NCBI GenBank assembly: GCA_044070495.1
Contig: JBIPSI010000013.1
Coordinates: 32,001-96,000, forward strand
Reading direction: 5' to 3'
DNA: 64,000 nt
From: Spirulina sp.
GTDB taxonomy: Bacteria > Cyanobacteriota > Cyanobacteriia > Phormidesmidales > Phormidesmidaceae
The stretch's first letter is position 1. Every line of letters begins with the position of its first letter. The notes beneath the pieces were generated by a model. It saw nothing but the letters and a program-made list of their open reading frames with translations. It had not been told where the DNA came from and did not search any database. The translations under genes and the position numbers were made by a program. Of this stretch, positions 30,767 through 39,574 are shown piece by piece.

Positions 30767-32077
30767 ATGGCCGATTCCAAAGTCCTCATCAAAGCCATCG
30801 AACGCCTCGACCATCGCGTCACCATCGGCGATGTGGCCGCCGAGGCAGGCTTACCCCTCCACGAAGCCCAGCAGGGCGTCTTGGCCCTCGCCAGCGACGT
30901 TCAGGCCCACCTGCAAGTGTCTGAAGCGGGGGAAATCGCCTACGTCTTTCCTAAAAATATCCAGGCCATCCTGCTCAACAAATCCTGGAAACTACGCTGG
31001 CAAGCCACCTGGGAAAAAGTGTGGCGAATTTTGTTTTACCTAATCCGCATCTCCTTTGGGATTGTGTTGATCCTCTCCCTAGTGCTGATTGTGTTAGCCA
31101 TTATTGCGCTGGCCATCGCGGCCACAGCGGCCTCCCAACAGGGCAATGATCGACGGGACAATCGTTCCGGTGGGGGCATGATTTTTATCCCCAGAATGTG
31201 GTTTGGGCCAGATTTGTTTCGGATGTTCGACTATCGCTACTCCCGTCGTCCTGCCAAACCCGTTGCCGCCGACAGCAAGATGAATTTTCTGGAAGCGATT
31301 TTCTCCTTCCTCTTTGGCGATGGTGATCCTAATGCCGATTTAGAAGAACGTCGCTGGCAGGCCATTGCGTCAGTCGTGAAGGCTAACGGTGGTGTCGTTG
31401 TAGCCGAACAGGTCGCCCCTTTTCTGAGCGATCTGGGTCAAGGCTGGAGTAAGGAATTTGAGGACTTTATGATTCCGGTGCTGAGCCGCTTTAATGGTGT
31501 GCCGGAAGTCAGCCCAGAGGGAGGCATTGTCTACCAATTTCCTGAGCTACAGGTGACAGCCCAGGAGCGTCGGAAAATTTCGCCGCCTCAATTTTTACAA
31601 GAACTTCCCCGCAAGTTTAGCCACGCCAGTTCTGGGCAAATTATGGGAGCCATCGCCCTGGGCAGTGCCAACTTTATCGGTGCTTTAGTTCTGGGTTCTA
31701 TGTTGCAGGATCAATCCCTAGTAGCCAGTGCCGGAGAGTTGGTAATTTTCGTTAACTCTATCTACGTGCTGCTGTTGGGCTATGGCTCTGCCTTTTTGGG
31801 TATTCCCCTAATTCGCTATTTTTGGGTGCAACGGCAGAACGGCAAAATCGCTCGTCGCAACCAAGACCGTGAACAACGGGCCGAAACTCTGGCTCAACTC
31901 GATGATCCGGTGCGGGAAAAGCTGTCCTTTGCTAAAACCTTGGCTAGCCAAACCATCGTTACCGCCGAAAACTTGGCCTACAGCACCGAAACGGATTTAG
32001 TCGATCAAGAGATTGCCAACAAAGACAAAATCGACGAAGAATGGCAACGCCTTATTGAACGAAGACAGTCTTCTTGA
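30767..32077 (+). CDS. Conserved cyanobacterial/plastid membrane protein of unknown function
   Basis: RVTIGDVAA, HLQVSEAGEI, RISFG, FSFLFGDGDPN; several TM segments. Confidence 0.8.
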   Translation: MADSKVLIKAIERLDHRVTIGDVAAEAGLPLHEAQQGVLALASDVQAHLQVSEAGEIAYVFPKNIQAILLNKSWKLRWQATWEKVWRILFYLIRISFGIVLILSLVLIVLAIIALAIAATAASQQGNDRRDNRSGGGMIFIPRMWFGPDLFRMFDYRYSRRPAKPVAADSKMNFLEAIFSFLFGDGDPNADLEERRWQAIASVVKANGGVVVAEQVAPFLSDLGQGWSKEFEDFMIPVLSRFNGVPEVSPEGGIVYQFPELQVTAQERRKISPPQFLQELPRKFSHASSGQIMGAIALGSANFIGALVLGSMLQDQSLVASAGELVIFVNSIYVLLLGYGSAFLGIPLIRYFWVQRQNGKIARRNQDREQRAETLAQLDDPVREKLSFAKTLASQTIVTAENLAYSTETDLVDQEIANKDKIDEEWQRLIERRQSS

Positions 32078-32095
32078 AGGCTAAGTGTTTAGGCA

Positions 32096-32746
32096 ATGAA
32101 TGGCTACTTTACGAGTAGGGTACTAAAGACATTTATGGGGTCAACGATGGGAAGAAACCATCCTCCGCTCATGCTCAACGTCCCTGATCAGCTTGCGCTT
32201 CAGGTCACTCCGGCTCAGTTTGAGGCCCTAGCCGCAGCGAACCGTGAGCTTCGTCTAGAACGCACTGCCACCGGAGAATTAGTTGTGAACCCACCCACAG
32301 GAAGTGAGACAGGATATCGAAATTGGAATCTTTCTGGAGAGTTGTATCTCTGGTGGCGAAATGCTGGAGAACCTGGGAAAGCCTTCGATTCTTCGAGCGG
32401 CTTTGAGTTGCCCAATGGGGCTAACCGATCCCCCGATGCCTCATGGGTTAGCCAAGATCGCTGGGATGCCCTAACCCCAGATCAACGCAAGGGTTTTGCC
32501 CCCCTTTGTCCTGATTTTGTAGTGGAATTACGTTCTGAAGGCGACACCCTCAAAGACCTCCAAGCCAAGATGGCCGAATACATCGAGAACGGGGCGAAGT
32601 TGGGATGGCTCATTGACCCGAAACATAAACGAGTAGAAATTTACCGTCCTGGTAAAGCGGTTGAAATTTTGGAGCATCCGAGTACCGTATCTGGGGAAAC
32701 CGTTTTACCGGGCTTTACGCTCAATCTGAAGCGAGTCTGGGCTTAA
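32096..32746 (+). CDS. Uma2-family protein (start may be 32147)
   Basis: LERTATGEL, FDSSSGF, SPDASW, PDFVVELRS, LGWLIDP. Confidence 0.92.
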   Translation: MNGYFTSRVLKTFMGSTMGRNHPPLMLNVPDQLALQVTPAQFEALAAANRELRLERTATGELVVNPPTGSETGYRNWNLSGELYLWWRNAGEPGKAFDSSSGFELPNGANRSPDASWVSQDRWDALTPDQRKGFAPLCPDFVVELRSEGDTLKDLQAKMAEYIENGAKLGWLIDPKHKRVEIYRPGKAVEILEHPSTVSGETVLPGFTLNLKRVWA

Positions 32747-32839
32747 GGGGATTGCTAGCACCGTGCCCCTCATCGCTCTGTTGCTCCAGAATAGAGGCTA
32801 CGGGCTAAAACCAAATTTGGCATTAAAAATCGTCAATTT

Positions 32840-32882
32840 GTAGTCAGGGCTACTTATGTTGTCTATGGCAACCCGCTAGCCT
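32840..32882 (+). promoter_or_regulatory. NtcA-type promoter of xdhAB
   Basis: Perfect GTA-gtcagggc-TAC (32840-32853), 23 nt spacer, TAGCCT (TAN3T). Confidence 0.72.
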
Positions 32883-33060
32883 CAACGGTTATAGCGACAA
32901 CGATGATGGACGAACGAATGCTGTCTCGTTAGCTTCCTCAACAACAGCCGGGTTAGATAACGTTTCTTACCCGGTTTTCTGGTGTATGGCGGTTAGCAAG
33001 GGCTCATTCCCGCATCGAAGGCGGCGCTGTGCAAGGTTATTCCCTAGGCGAAGCAGCTCT

Positions 33061-34524
33061 GTGACTCAGCAATCTGTGACTCAACAACTCGACACCCAAC
33101 TCACCCTGACCATTAACGGAGAGCCTGTCTCCGTCGAAGCCCTGTCTCCGGCGATGACCTTGCTGGAATATCTTCGCCTGAGCGGACGGGCGGGCACCAA
33201 GGAAGGCTGCGGCGATGGCGACTGTGGCGCTTGCACCGTGGCCATCATTGGCGAAGGGGCCGACGGCAAACCCCACTACCAGGCGGTGAATAGCTGCCTG
33301 ATTCCCATCGGGGCGGTGGCGGGGCGGCAGGTGTATACGGCGGATGGCATTGCTCAGTGCCGCATTCCCAAAAGTCCCCTCGTCAAAGAACCCGTCACCG
33401 TCGAGCAGTTGCACCCCGTCCAAGCGGCGATGGTGGAAACGGGTGGCTCCCAGTGCGGCTACTGCACTCCCGGCTTCATCATGAGCCTGTTTGCCGCCTA
33501 CTACAACGGCGGGCCAGATGACCTCTCGGTGGAGGGCAACCTCTGCCGCTGTACAGGCTATATTCCCATCCGTCGCGCCGCTGAAATGGTAGCCGCTGAC
33601 ACTCCCCAGGACAGCTTTTCGGCACAGTTGGCCTCGGCCTCTACGGATCTGTTGCCCCTGGCCTACACCGGCCACGAAGAGCAGTTCTACCGTCCCGATT
33701 CCCTCGCTGAAGTGTTGACCCTGCTACAACAGCACCCCAACGCCACCCTGGTCGCCGGAGCCACGGATCTCGGCCTAGAGATGAGCTGGCATCGGCAGCA
33801 TTACCCAATTCTGATTTCCCTAGAAGCCGTCACGGAACTCAAACAGATGCAGAACACGGCGGATTTTGTGGAAATCGGCGCTGCCGTGCCCCTCAGCCAC
33901 ATCGAAACCAACCTGCACGGCATCTTCCCCAGCATGGACGAGATGATCCACTGGTTTGCGGCGCGGCAAGTTCGCAATCGGGCCACCCTAGGCGGCAACA
34001 TCGGCACCGCCTCCCCCATTGGCGACCTGCCCCCGGTGCTGCTGTCGCTCGATGCCACCCTCAAACTGGCTGGCCCCAGCGGTGAACGGGTGATGCCCCT
34101 GGCGGATTTCTTCCTCGGCTATCGCCAAACCCAGTTGCAAGCTGGCGAGGTGATTGTGTCGGTGACGATTCCCAAGGCCACCACTCCCGGCACAGATCGC
34201 CGCCTCGCCCAGTCCTACAAAATTGGCAAACGCGGCACCGACGACATCAGCATCGTCGCCGCCGCCTTTTTGGTGGATGTGGATGCCAACAACCAAATTC
34301 TCCATGCCCGTCTGGGCTACGGGGGAGTTGCCGCCACCCCCGCCCGTGCCACCGAAGCCGAAGCCTTCCTAGTCGGCAAACCCTGGAACCACAGCACCAT
34401 CCAAGCCGTAAAGCCCATCCTGCAAGATGCCTTTACGCCGTTGACCGACCTACGAGGCAGCGCCGACTACCGCAAGCGCCTAGTCGTGAACTTGTTCGAG
34501 AAATTCTTCTCCGAATTCCCGTAG
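33061..34524 (+). CDS. xdhA: Xanthine dehydrogenase small subunit (2Fe-2S + FAD)
   Basis: GTKEGCGDGDCGACTV, SQCGYCTPG, GNLCRCTGY, RNRATLGGNI; GTG start inferred. Confidence 0.93.
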   Translation: MTQQSVTQQLDTQLTLTINGEPVSVEALSPAMTLLEYLRLSGRAGTKEGCGDGDCGACTVAIIGEGADGKPHYQAVNSCLIPIGAVAGRQVYTADGIAQCRIPKSPLVKEPVTVEQLHPVQAAMVETGGSQCGYCTPGFIMSLFAAYYNGGPDDLSVEGNLCRCTGYIPIRRAAEMVAADTPQDSFSAQLASASTDLLPLAYTGHEEQFYRPDSLAEVLTLLQQHPNATLVAGATDLGLEMSWHRQHYPILISLEAVTELKQMQNTADFVEIGAAVPLSHIETNLHGIFPSMDEMIHWFAARQVRNRATLGGNIGTASPIGDLPPVLLSLDATLKLAGPSGERVMPLADFFLGYRQTQLQAGEVIVSVTIPKATTPGTDRRLAQSYKIGKRGTDDISIVAAAFLVDVDANNQILHARLGYGGVAATPARATEAEAFLVGKPWNHSTIQAVKPILQDAFTPLTDLRGSADYRKRLVVNLFEKFFSEFP

Positions 34525-34582
34525 GGTGGGCACTGCCCACCATCCCCCTGAATTCCCGTAGGGTGGGCACTGCCCACCATCC
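34513..34582. repeat. Tandem 37-bp-period duplication containing GTAG-type REP (GTAGGGTGGGCACTGCCCACC)
   Basis: gaattcccgtagggtgggcactgcccaccatcc at 34513 and 34550; a third REP copy at 54637-54657. Confidence 0.88.
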
Positions 34583-34722
34583 TCCCTTGGCCCTCACCCC
34601 CAGATCCTCTCCCTGTGGGAGAGGAGAGCCGGAAATAACCATCATCCTCTGTACGGGCGCACCGCAGTGCGCCCCAACCCGGCCCCAACCCCTTGCCCCA
34701 TTCGCTTAAGAGGTAATCCCCC

Positions 34723-37047
34723 ATGAGTCCAGTTGGTCAGCGTAAGAGCCACGAAAGCGCCGCCGCCCACGTTAGCGGCACAGCGGTGTATACCGACGAT
34801 CAGCGGGAACCGTTGGGGATGTTGTCGCTGTTTCCGGTGATTTCGCCCCACGTTCACGCCACCATCACCAAGCTAGATCCCAGTCCGGCCCTAGAGGTCG
34901 AGGGTTGCGTGACGGTGCTCACCGCTGCCGATGTGCCGGGGGAGAACAACACCGGGGTAATTGTCCACGACGAAATTTTGCTGCCCACCGATGAGGTCTA
35001 CTACTACGGTCAAGTCGTGGTCTGGGCGGTGGGGGAAACGGAAGCCGCTGCACGGGAAGCGGCGGGTAAGGTGATCGTTGAGTATGAACCTCTACCTGCT
35101 TTAAAGACCGTACAGGAAGCCATTGCCGCCAGCAGCTACCACAACGATGCCCAGTTTATTCGCCGGGGGGATGCCGATGCCGCCATGGCGACGGCACCCC
35201 ACACCTTCTCTGGTGAAGTTGAGGTGGGTGGACAGGATCACTTTTATCTAGAAACCCAGACCAGTTGGGTGGTGCCCGATGGCGAGGGTAATCTTCAGGT
35301 CTTCGCCTCCACCCAACACCCAACCGAAACTCAGGAAATTGTGGCACGGGTACTGGGCTTGTCGAAAAACCAGGTGGTCTGTACCTGTCTGCGAATGGGC
35401 GGGGCCTTTGGCGGCAAGGAATCCCAGGCCAATCCCTTTGCGGCGGCGGCAGCCTTGGCCACCTACAAAACGGGGCGTCCGGCCAGGGTGCGGCTGCGGC
35501 GGCACCACGATATGTTGATCACCGGCAAGCGCCACGGATTCTTGAACCAGTACGAGGTCGGGTTTGACAACGAGGGCAAAATCCTGGCCATGAAAGCCCT
35601 ACTGGTGGCCGATGGCGGCTGGAGCCTCGACCTCTCGCCTCCGGTGCTGGCGCGGGCCATGCTCCATGTAGACAACGCCTACTACATCCCCAACCTGGAG
35701 GTAGAGGGGCGCATCGCCAAGACGAATCGAGTTTCCAACACCGCCTACCGGGGCTTTGGCGGGCCACAGGGGATGATCGTCGCTGAAGAAGTGGTAGACC
35801 GCATTGCCCGTACTTTGAACCTGCCGCCGGACGTGGTGCGCGAACGCAACTTCTACCACGGCACCGGGGAAACCAGCACCACCCACTACAGCCAGGAAAT
35901 CGTCGATAACCGCATCGCCCGCGTCTGGCAGGAGGCCAAGGCCAATTCCAACTACGAGGCTCGACAGGCGGAAATCGCCGCCTTCAACGCCAGCAGCCCC
36001 TACAAAAAGCGAGGGCTGGCCATCACCCCGGTCAAATTCGGCATCTCCTTCAACAAGGTGATGTACAACCAGGCTGGATCCCTAGTGCTGATCTACACCG
36101 ACGGCAGCATTCAGCTCAACCACGGCGGCACCGAGATGGGTCAGGGGCTCCACACCAAGATGATCCAAGTCGCCGCCAAAGCCCTTGGGGTCAGCATCGA
36201 CCGCATTCGCATGATGCACACCAGCACCGACAAGGTGCCCAACACCTCGGCCACAGCGGCCTCCAGCGGATCAGACCTGAATGGCCAAGCGGTGAAAAAT
36301 GCCTGCGAAATTCTGCGGGATCGCATGGCGGCGGTGGCGGTGCGAATGCTGAATCTGGACGCCCCCGAAGACATGGTGTTTGAGGACGACTGGATCTACT
36401 GCCGCACCTACCCCAGCGCCCGGATTTCTTTCGATGAGGTGGTGAAGCAAACCTACAGCGAACGCATCAGCCTCGCCGCCACGGGCTTCTACCGCACCCC
36501 CAACATTTTCTGGGATCCCAAGCTGGGCAAGGGTCGCCCCTTCTACTACTTCGCCTACGGTGCCGCCGTGTCTGAGGTAGAAGTAGACGGCTTTACGGGC
36601 ACTTTCAAGCTGCGCCAGGTAGATATCGTCCACGATGTCGGCGAATCCCTCAATCCCTTGGTGGATAAGGGACAAATCGAAGGCGGCTTTGTCCAAGGTA
36701 TGGGCTGGCTAACCATGGAAGAACTGGTGTGGGATGGGGAAGGTCGCCTCCGCACCTTTGCCCCCAGCACCTACAAAATCCCCACCATCAGCGAAATCCC
36801 CGAAAACTTCACTATCCATCTGCTAGAACGCGCTTCCCAAGACGGTGTCATCTACGGCAGCAAAGCCGTGGGGGAACCCCCCTTCATGTTGGCCATGTCT
36901 GTGCGGGAGGCGATCCGTGCCGCCGTGGCTGCCTTTGGTGATGCCGATTATGTGCCCTTGGGTCTCCCCGCTACTCCAGAGGCGACCCTGTGGGCCATTG
37001 AGGGAGTGCGCGACACGAGTCGGGAAGCTCAGCCTGTGGGTGTCTAA
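34723..37047 (+). CDS. xdhB: Xanthine dehydrogenase molybdopterin-binding subunit
   Basis: QDHFYLE, GGAFGGKE, AYRGFGGPQG, GGTEMGQGL, SKAVGEPP. Confidence 0.96.
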   Translation: MSPVGQRKSHESAAAHVSGTAVYTDDQREPLGMLSLFPVISPHVHATITKLDPSPALEVEGCVTVLTAADVPGENNTGVIVHDEILLPTDEVYYYGQVVVWAVGETEAAAREAAGKVIVEYEPLPALKTVQEAIAASSYHNDAQFIRRGDADAAMATAPHTFSGEVEVGGQDHFYLETQTSWVVPDGEGNLQVFASTQHPTETQEIVARVLGLSKNQVVCTCLRMGGAFGGKESQANPFAAAAALATYKTGRPARVRLRRHHDMLITGKRHGFLNQYEVGFDNEGKILAMKALLVADGGWSLDLSPPVLARAMLHVDNAYYIPNLEVEGRIAKTNRVSNTAYRGFGGPQGMIVAEEVVDRIARTLNLPPDVVRERNFYHGTGETSTTHYSQEIVDNRIARVWQEAKANSNYEARQAEIAAFNASSPYKKRGLAITPVKFGISFNKVMYNQAGSLVLIYTDGSIQLNHGGTEMGQGLHTKMIQVAAKALGVSIDRIRMMHTSTDKVPNTSATAASSGSDLNGQAVKNACEILRDRMAAVAVRMLNLDAPEDMVFEDDWIYCRTYPSARISFDEVVKQTYSERISLAATGFYRTPNIFWDPKLGKGRPFYYFAYGAAVSEVEVDGFTGTFKLRQVDIVHDVGESLNPLVDKGQIEGGFVQGMGWLTMEELVWDGEGRLRTFAPSTYKIPTISEIPENFTIHLLERASQDGVIYGSKAVGEPPFMLAMSVREAIRAAVAAFGDADYVPLGLPATPEATLWAIEGVRDTSREAQPVGV

Positions 37048-37106
37048 ACCATTATTCACACATTCTTGGAGCAACTTCCATTAGACTGTGATAGTCATCG
37101 AATTAA

Positions 37107-37237
37107 GAGGGCGTTTGAAAAGGGTTGCCTCAGGTGCGATTGGTCGCTAGATCGGTGCAAATCTACGGGATTTTTGACGACTGAGGCTGACCTCATCGGT
37201 ATAACTTGGGACGAGCTTCGGCTTTTCAAACGTCCTC
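37107..37237. mobile_element. 131-bp MITE, copy 2 (TAA target duplication)
   Basis: TAA|GAGGGCGTTTGAAAAG...CTTTTCAAACGTCCTC|TAA; two substitutions relative to 8754-8884. Confidence 0.9.
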
Positions 37238-37569
37238 TAAGGGATAAAGCGACAGCAAGCCTTAATCTCTTCTGACTGGTGCCATCATTAATCTCGGCAG
37301 AGTCTGAACACAATCTTGACTAAATGAAATGAAGGTTTATCTAGCCAAGATTGTGCTCGGCATCCGTTTGAGTGACAGGGTGCTCTGTGACGCTTTGGCC
37401 AGGGAAATCGGCAATAGGTCAATCCATCAAATACAGGCTAACTTTGTTCAGGGTAAAGATAGATTAAGCCCCATCGAGTTTTAGTGATATTTGATGATCT
37501 ACCTAACGTTAAACGTTGTCAGATAGGGATCTAAGACCTTTGCCTTTTAGATCGTCTTTGGGGTGAGCT

Positions 37570-39525
37570 ATGTTACACCGTATAGCCAAATTTTTGCCCA
37601 TCGGGAAACCTCAGCAACGGCAGCCGAAAAATATCTTTTACTACCTTCTCATACCGACCGATCAGCCAATTGATCTAACAGAACATCAGTGTCAGATTCA
37701 TAATCCTATACTCCGCAATTCCCTTCAGCATGCGCAAAATCTATTTAATGCTCCAGTAGATCTGTTATGGTTTAATTCTCGTCTTAATAGACTGTGGAAT
37801 CTACATAGCAATCAAGAGATCTCAGTAACAAAATTTCAGAAAAACGGCATTCATTTTCTCATTAACCTTGGCTTTCTCTGCTCCGACAATCCACCTATTC
37901 AAGAAATGTTGACTGGCGTCAACCACCATAAAATCGTTTGGTGTGGATTGCAGAGCAGTCGAGATATTTACGGCTGCGCTTTTATCAAGGGAAAACATAG
38001 GCCAGCCCATTCCATAGCGTTACTAAAGCAGATTATTCATAGCATCACGATAACCATTGATGAGAATATCGAGAATAGCTGGCCCCAAATATGCCAACAT
38101 CTTTTTCTGACGCCTAATACTTCATGTTTTGAGCACTCTCCAGCCCTGAAAGAAATATCAGACTTGCGCAGCAGATCGCTGGCCAATGCTCCTAAGTTTC
38201 TCAATACGGCTATACAAGAACTTCTTTCCTCTTCGCAACCCACACCTGAAACTGACATTAACGCCATCAAGCAAAGATTGCATGGACAGCGATTAAGTTC
38301 TAAAGTACCCTGGATCTTTAATACGCTTCTAAATGAGATTGAATATTATACGGGTTCTGTAGATGTTCAAAGTTTTCCGCCAGAAGTACATCTTTCAACG
38401 ACTGGCTTTTGCAATATAGAATGTCGCTTTTGTACCTATACTCGTTCTGTCGGTCGATTTGAATTTGTTGACGTAGAAAGAGTTTCAAGCCTTGACTGGT
38501 TAAAACAGGTTCAAACGCTAAGACTTCATAGTGGCTTAGGAGAACCTACAACAAATAAAAACCTTGGAGATATCATTGGTTATGTTGCACAAAACTACCC
38601 CCACGTAGGCATTAATTTTTTCACGAATGGACTTAACTTAAATCGGCCAGGGCTGATTGATGCATTAGTCGGCAATGTGCGTTGGATTAATGTTTCGCTT
38701 AATGCGTCAAACCGTGAATCTTGGAAACAGCAATGTAAGATTGATCAGTTTCATCGTGTCTGCCATAATCTGACAGCCTTACTGAATGCGAAGAAGGCTC
38801 GAAAATCGCTCTGGCCTGTTGTCTTTGGTTCTATGGTTATCAACAAGGATAACGTGACAGACCTGCCAGAGATGCCAGCGCTATGCCATCAATTAGGCAT
38901 TGATCGCTTTACCGTCTTTCCATTTTTTGCCTTAGGCTATGGAGGAGACAGTAAATATGGGGCAGAGATGACCCTAGCAACCTGTCGGCAAACCTATGAT
39001 GAACTTTACTGGCCGACCATTGAAGCCGCTCAAAGATATCAGATTTCCATTGAAATGCCGCCCCCCAGCGACCATGCTAAAACGGCTTTTGGTGTAGAAA
39101 TAAGACAGTTTAATGATTTTGCTAGAATCGAGACCAACGAATGGCCAATGGCACGATTTCTCGCTGATTTTATTCCGTTAGAATCTCCTAATCGTTACTG
39201 CCACTTCCTGTGGAGACAGGTTGGAATTGGTAGCACTCATAACTGTGGCCACTCTGAAGAAGAGACCCATTATTTATATCCCTGCATAGGGCCGTTGTCT
39301 GGCTTAGATTTTTCTCGGAAAACTAGCTTTAGATTTCCAGACTCTGATGGTTTTATCGCCCTTTGGAATAACCCTATATTTTCACACCTTCGTAAGGCTC
39401 AACATCAACGGGATGTTTGTCAAGTCTGCGATCTGTGCCAAGCGAAGGACACTCGCGACCCGAATGAATTCCAGTGTTTAGAGGTTGCCACCAAGCAGTT
39501 TAGTCATCAGCACTTAGATCATTAG
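37570..39525 (+). CDS. Radical SAM protein with SPASM/twitch-like C-terminus and unassigned ~260-aa N-terminal region
   Basis: CNIECRFC (CX3CX2C), GLGEP, FTNG; C-terminal C..LW...YPC...LWN...LR...CQVCDLC. Confidence 0.85.
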   Translation: MLHRIAKFLPIGKPQQRQPKNIFYYLLIPTDQPIDLTEHQCQIHNPILRNSLQHAQNLFNAPVDLLWFNSRLNRLWNLHSNQEISVTKFQKNGIHFLINLGFLCSDNPPIQEMLTGVNHHKIVWCGLQSSRDIYGCAFIKGKHRPAHSIALLKQIIHSITITIDENIENSWPQICQHLFLTPNTSCFEHSPALKEISDLRSRSLANAPKFLNTAIQELLSSSQPTPETDINAIKQRLHGQRLSSKVPWIFNTLLNEIEYYTGSVDVQSFPPEVHLSTTGFCNIECRFCTYTRSVGRFEFVDVERVSSLDWLKQVQTLRLHSGLGEPTTNKNLGDIIGYVAQNYPHVGINFFTNGLNLNRPGLIDALVGNVRWINVSLNASNRESWKQQCKIDQFHRVCHNLTALLNAKKARKSLWPVVFGSMVINKDNVTDLPEMPALCHQLGIDRFTVFPFFALGYGGDSKYGAEMTLATCRQTYDELYWPTIEAAQRYQISIEMPPPSDHAKTAFGVEIRQFNDFARIETNEWPMARFLADFIPLESPNRYCHFLWRQVGIGSTHNCGHSEEETHYLYPCIGPLSGLDFSRKTSFRFPDSDGFIALWNNPIFSHLRKAQHQRDVCQVCDLCQAKDTRDPNEFQCLEVATKQFSHQHLDH

Positions 39526-39574
39526 AATGGGCTGATTTCTAATCGATTCACACAAAAAGACAGTCTTGAAAGAT

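Noticed and set aside
32940..32980. Canonical purine riboswitch (gtttcttacc resembles GUUUCUACC)
   Set aside because: The other conserved loops and the three-stem junction are missing; kept only as an unknown leader.
34513..34582. Possible mini-CRISPR (37-bp period)
   Set aside because: Only two units, ~4-nt spacer, REP-like palindrome, no cas genes.
37066..37313. 69- and 72-aa ORFs after xdhB
   Set aside because: They merely span the MITE; no transposase motifs.
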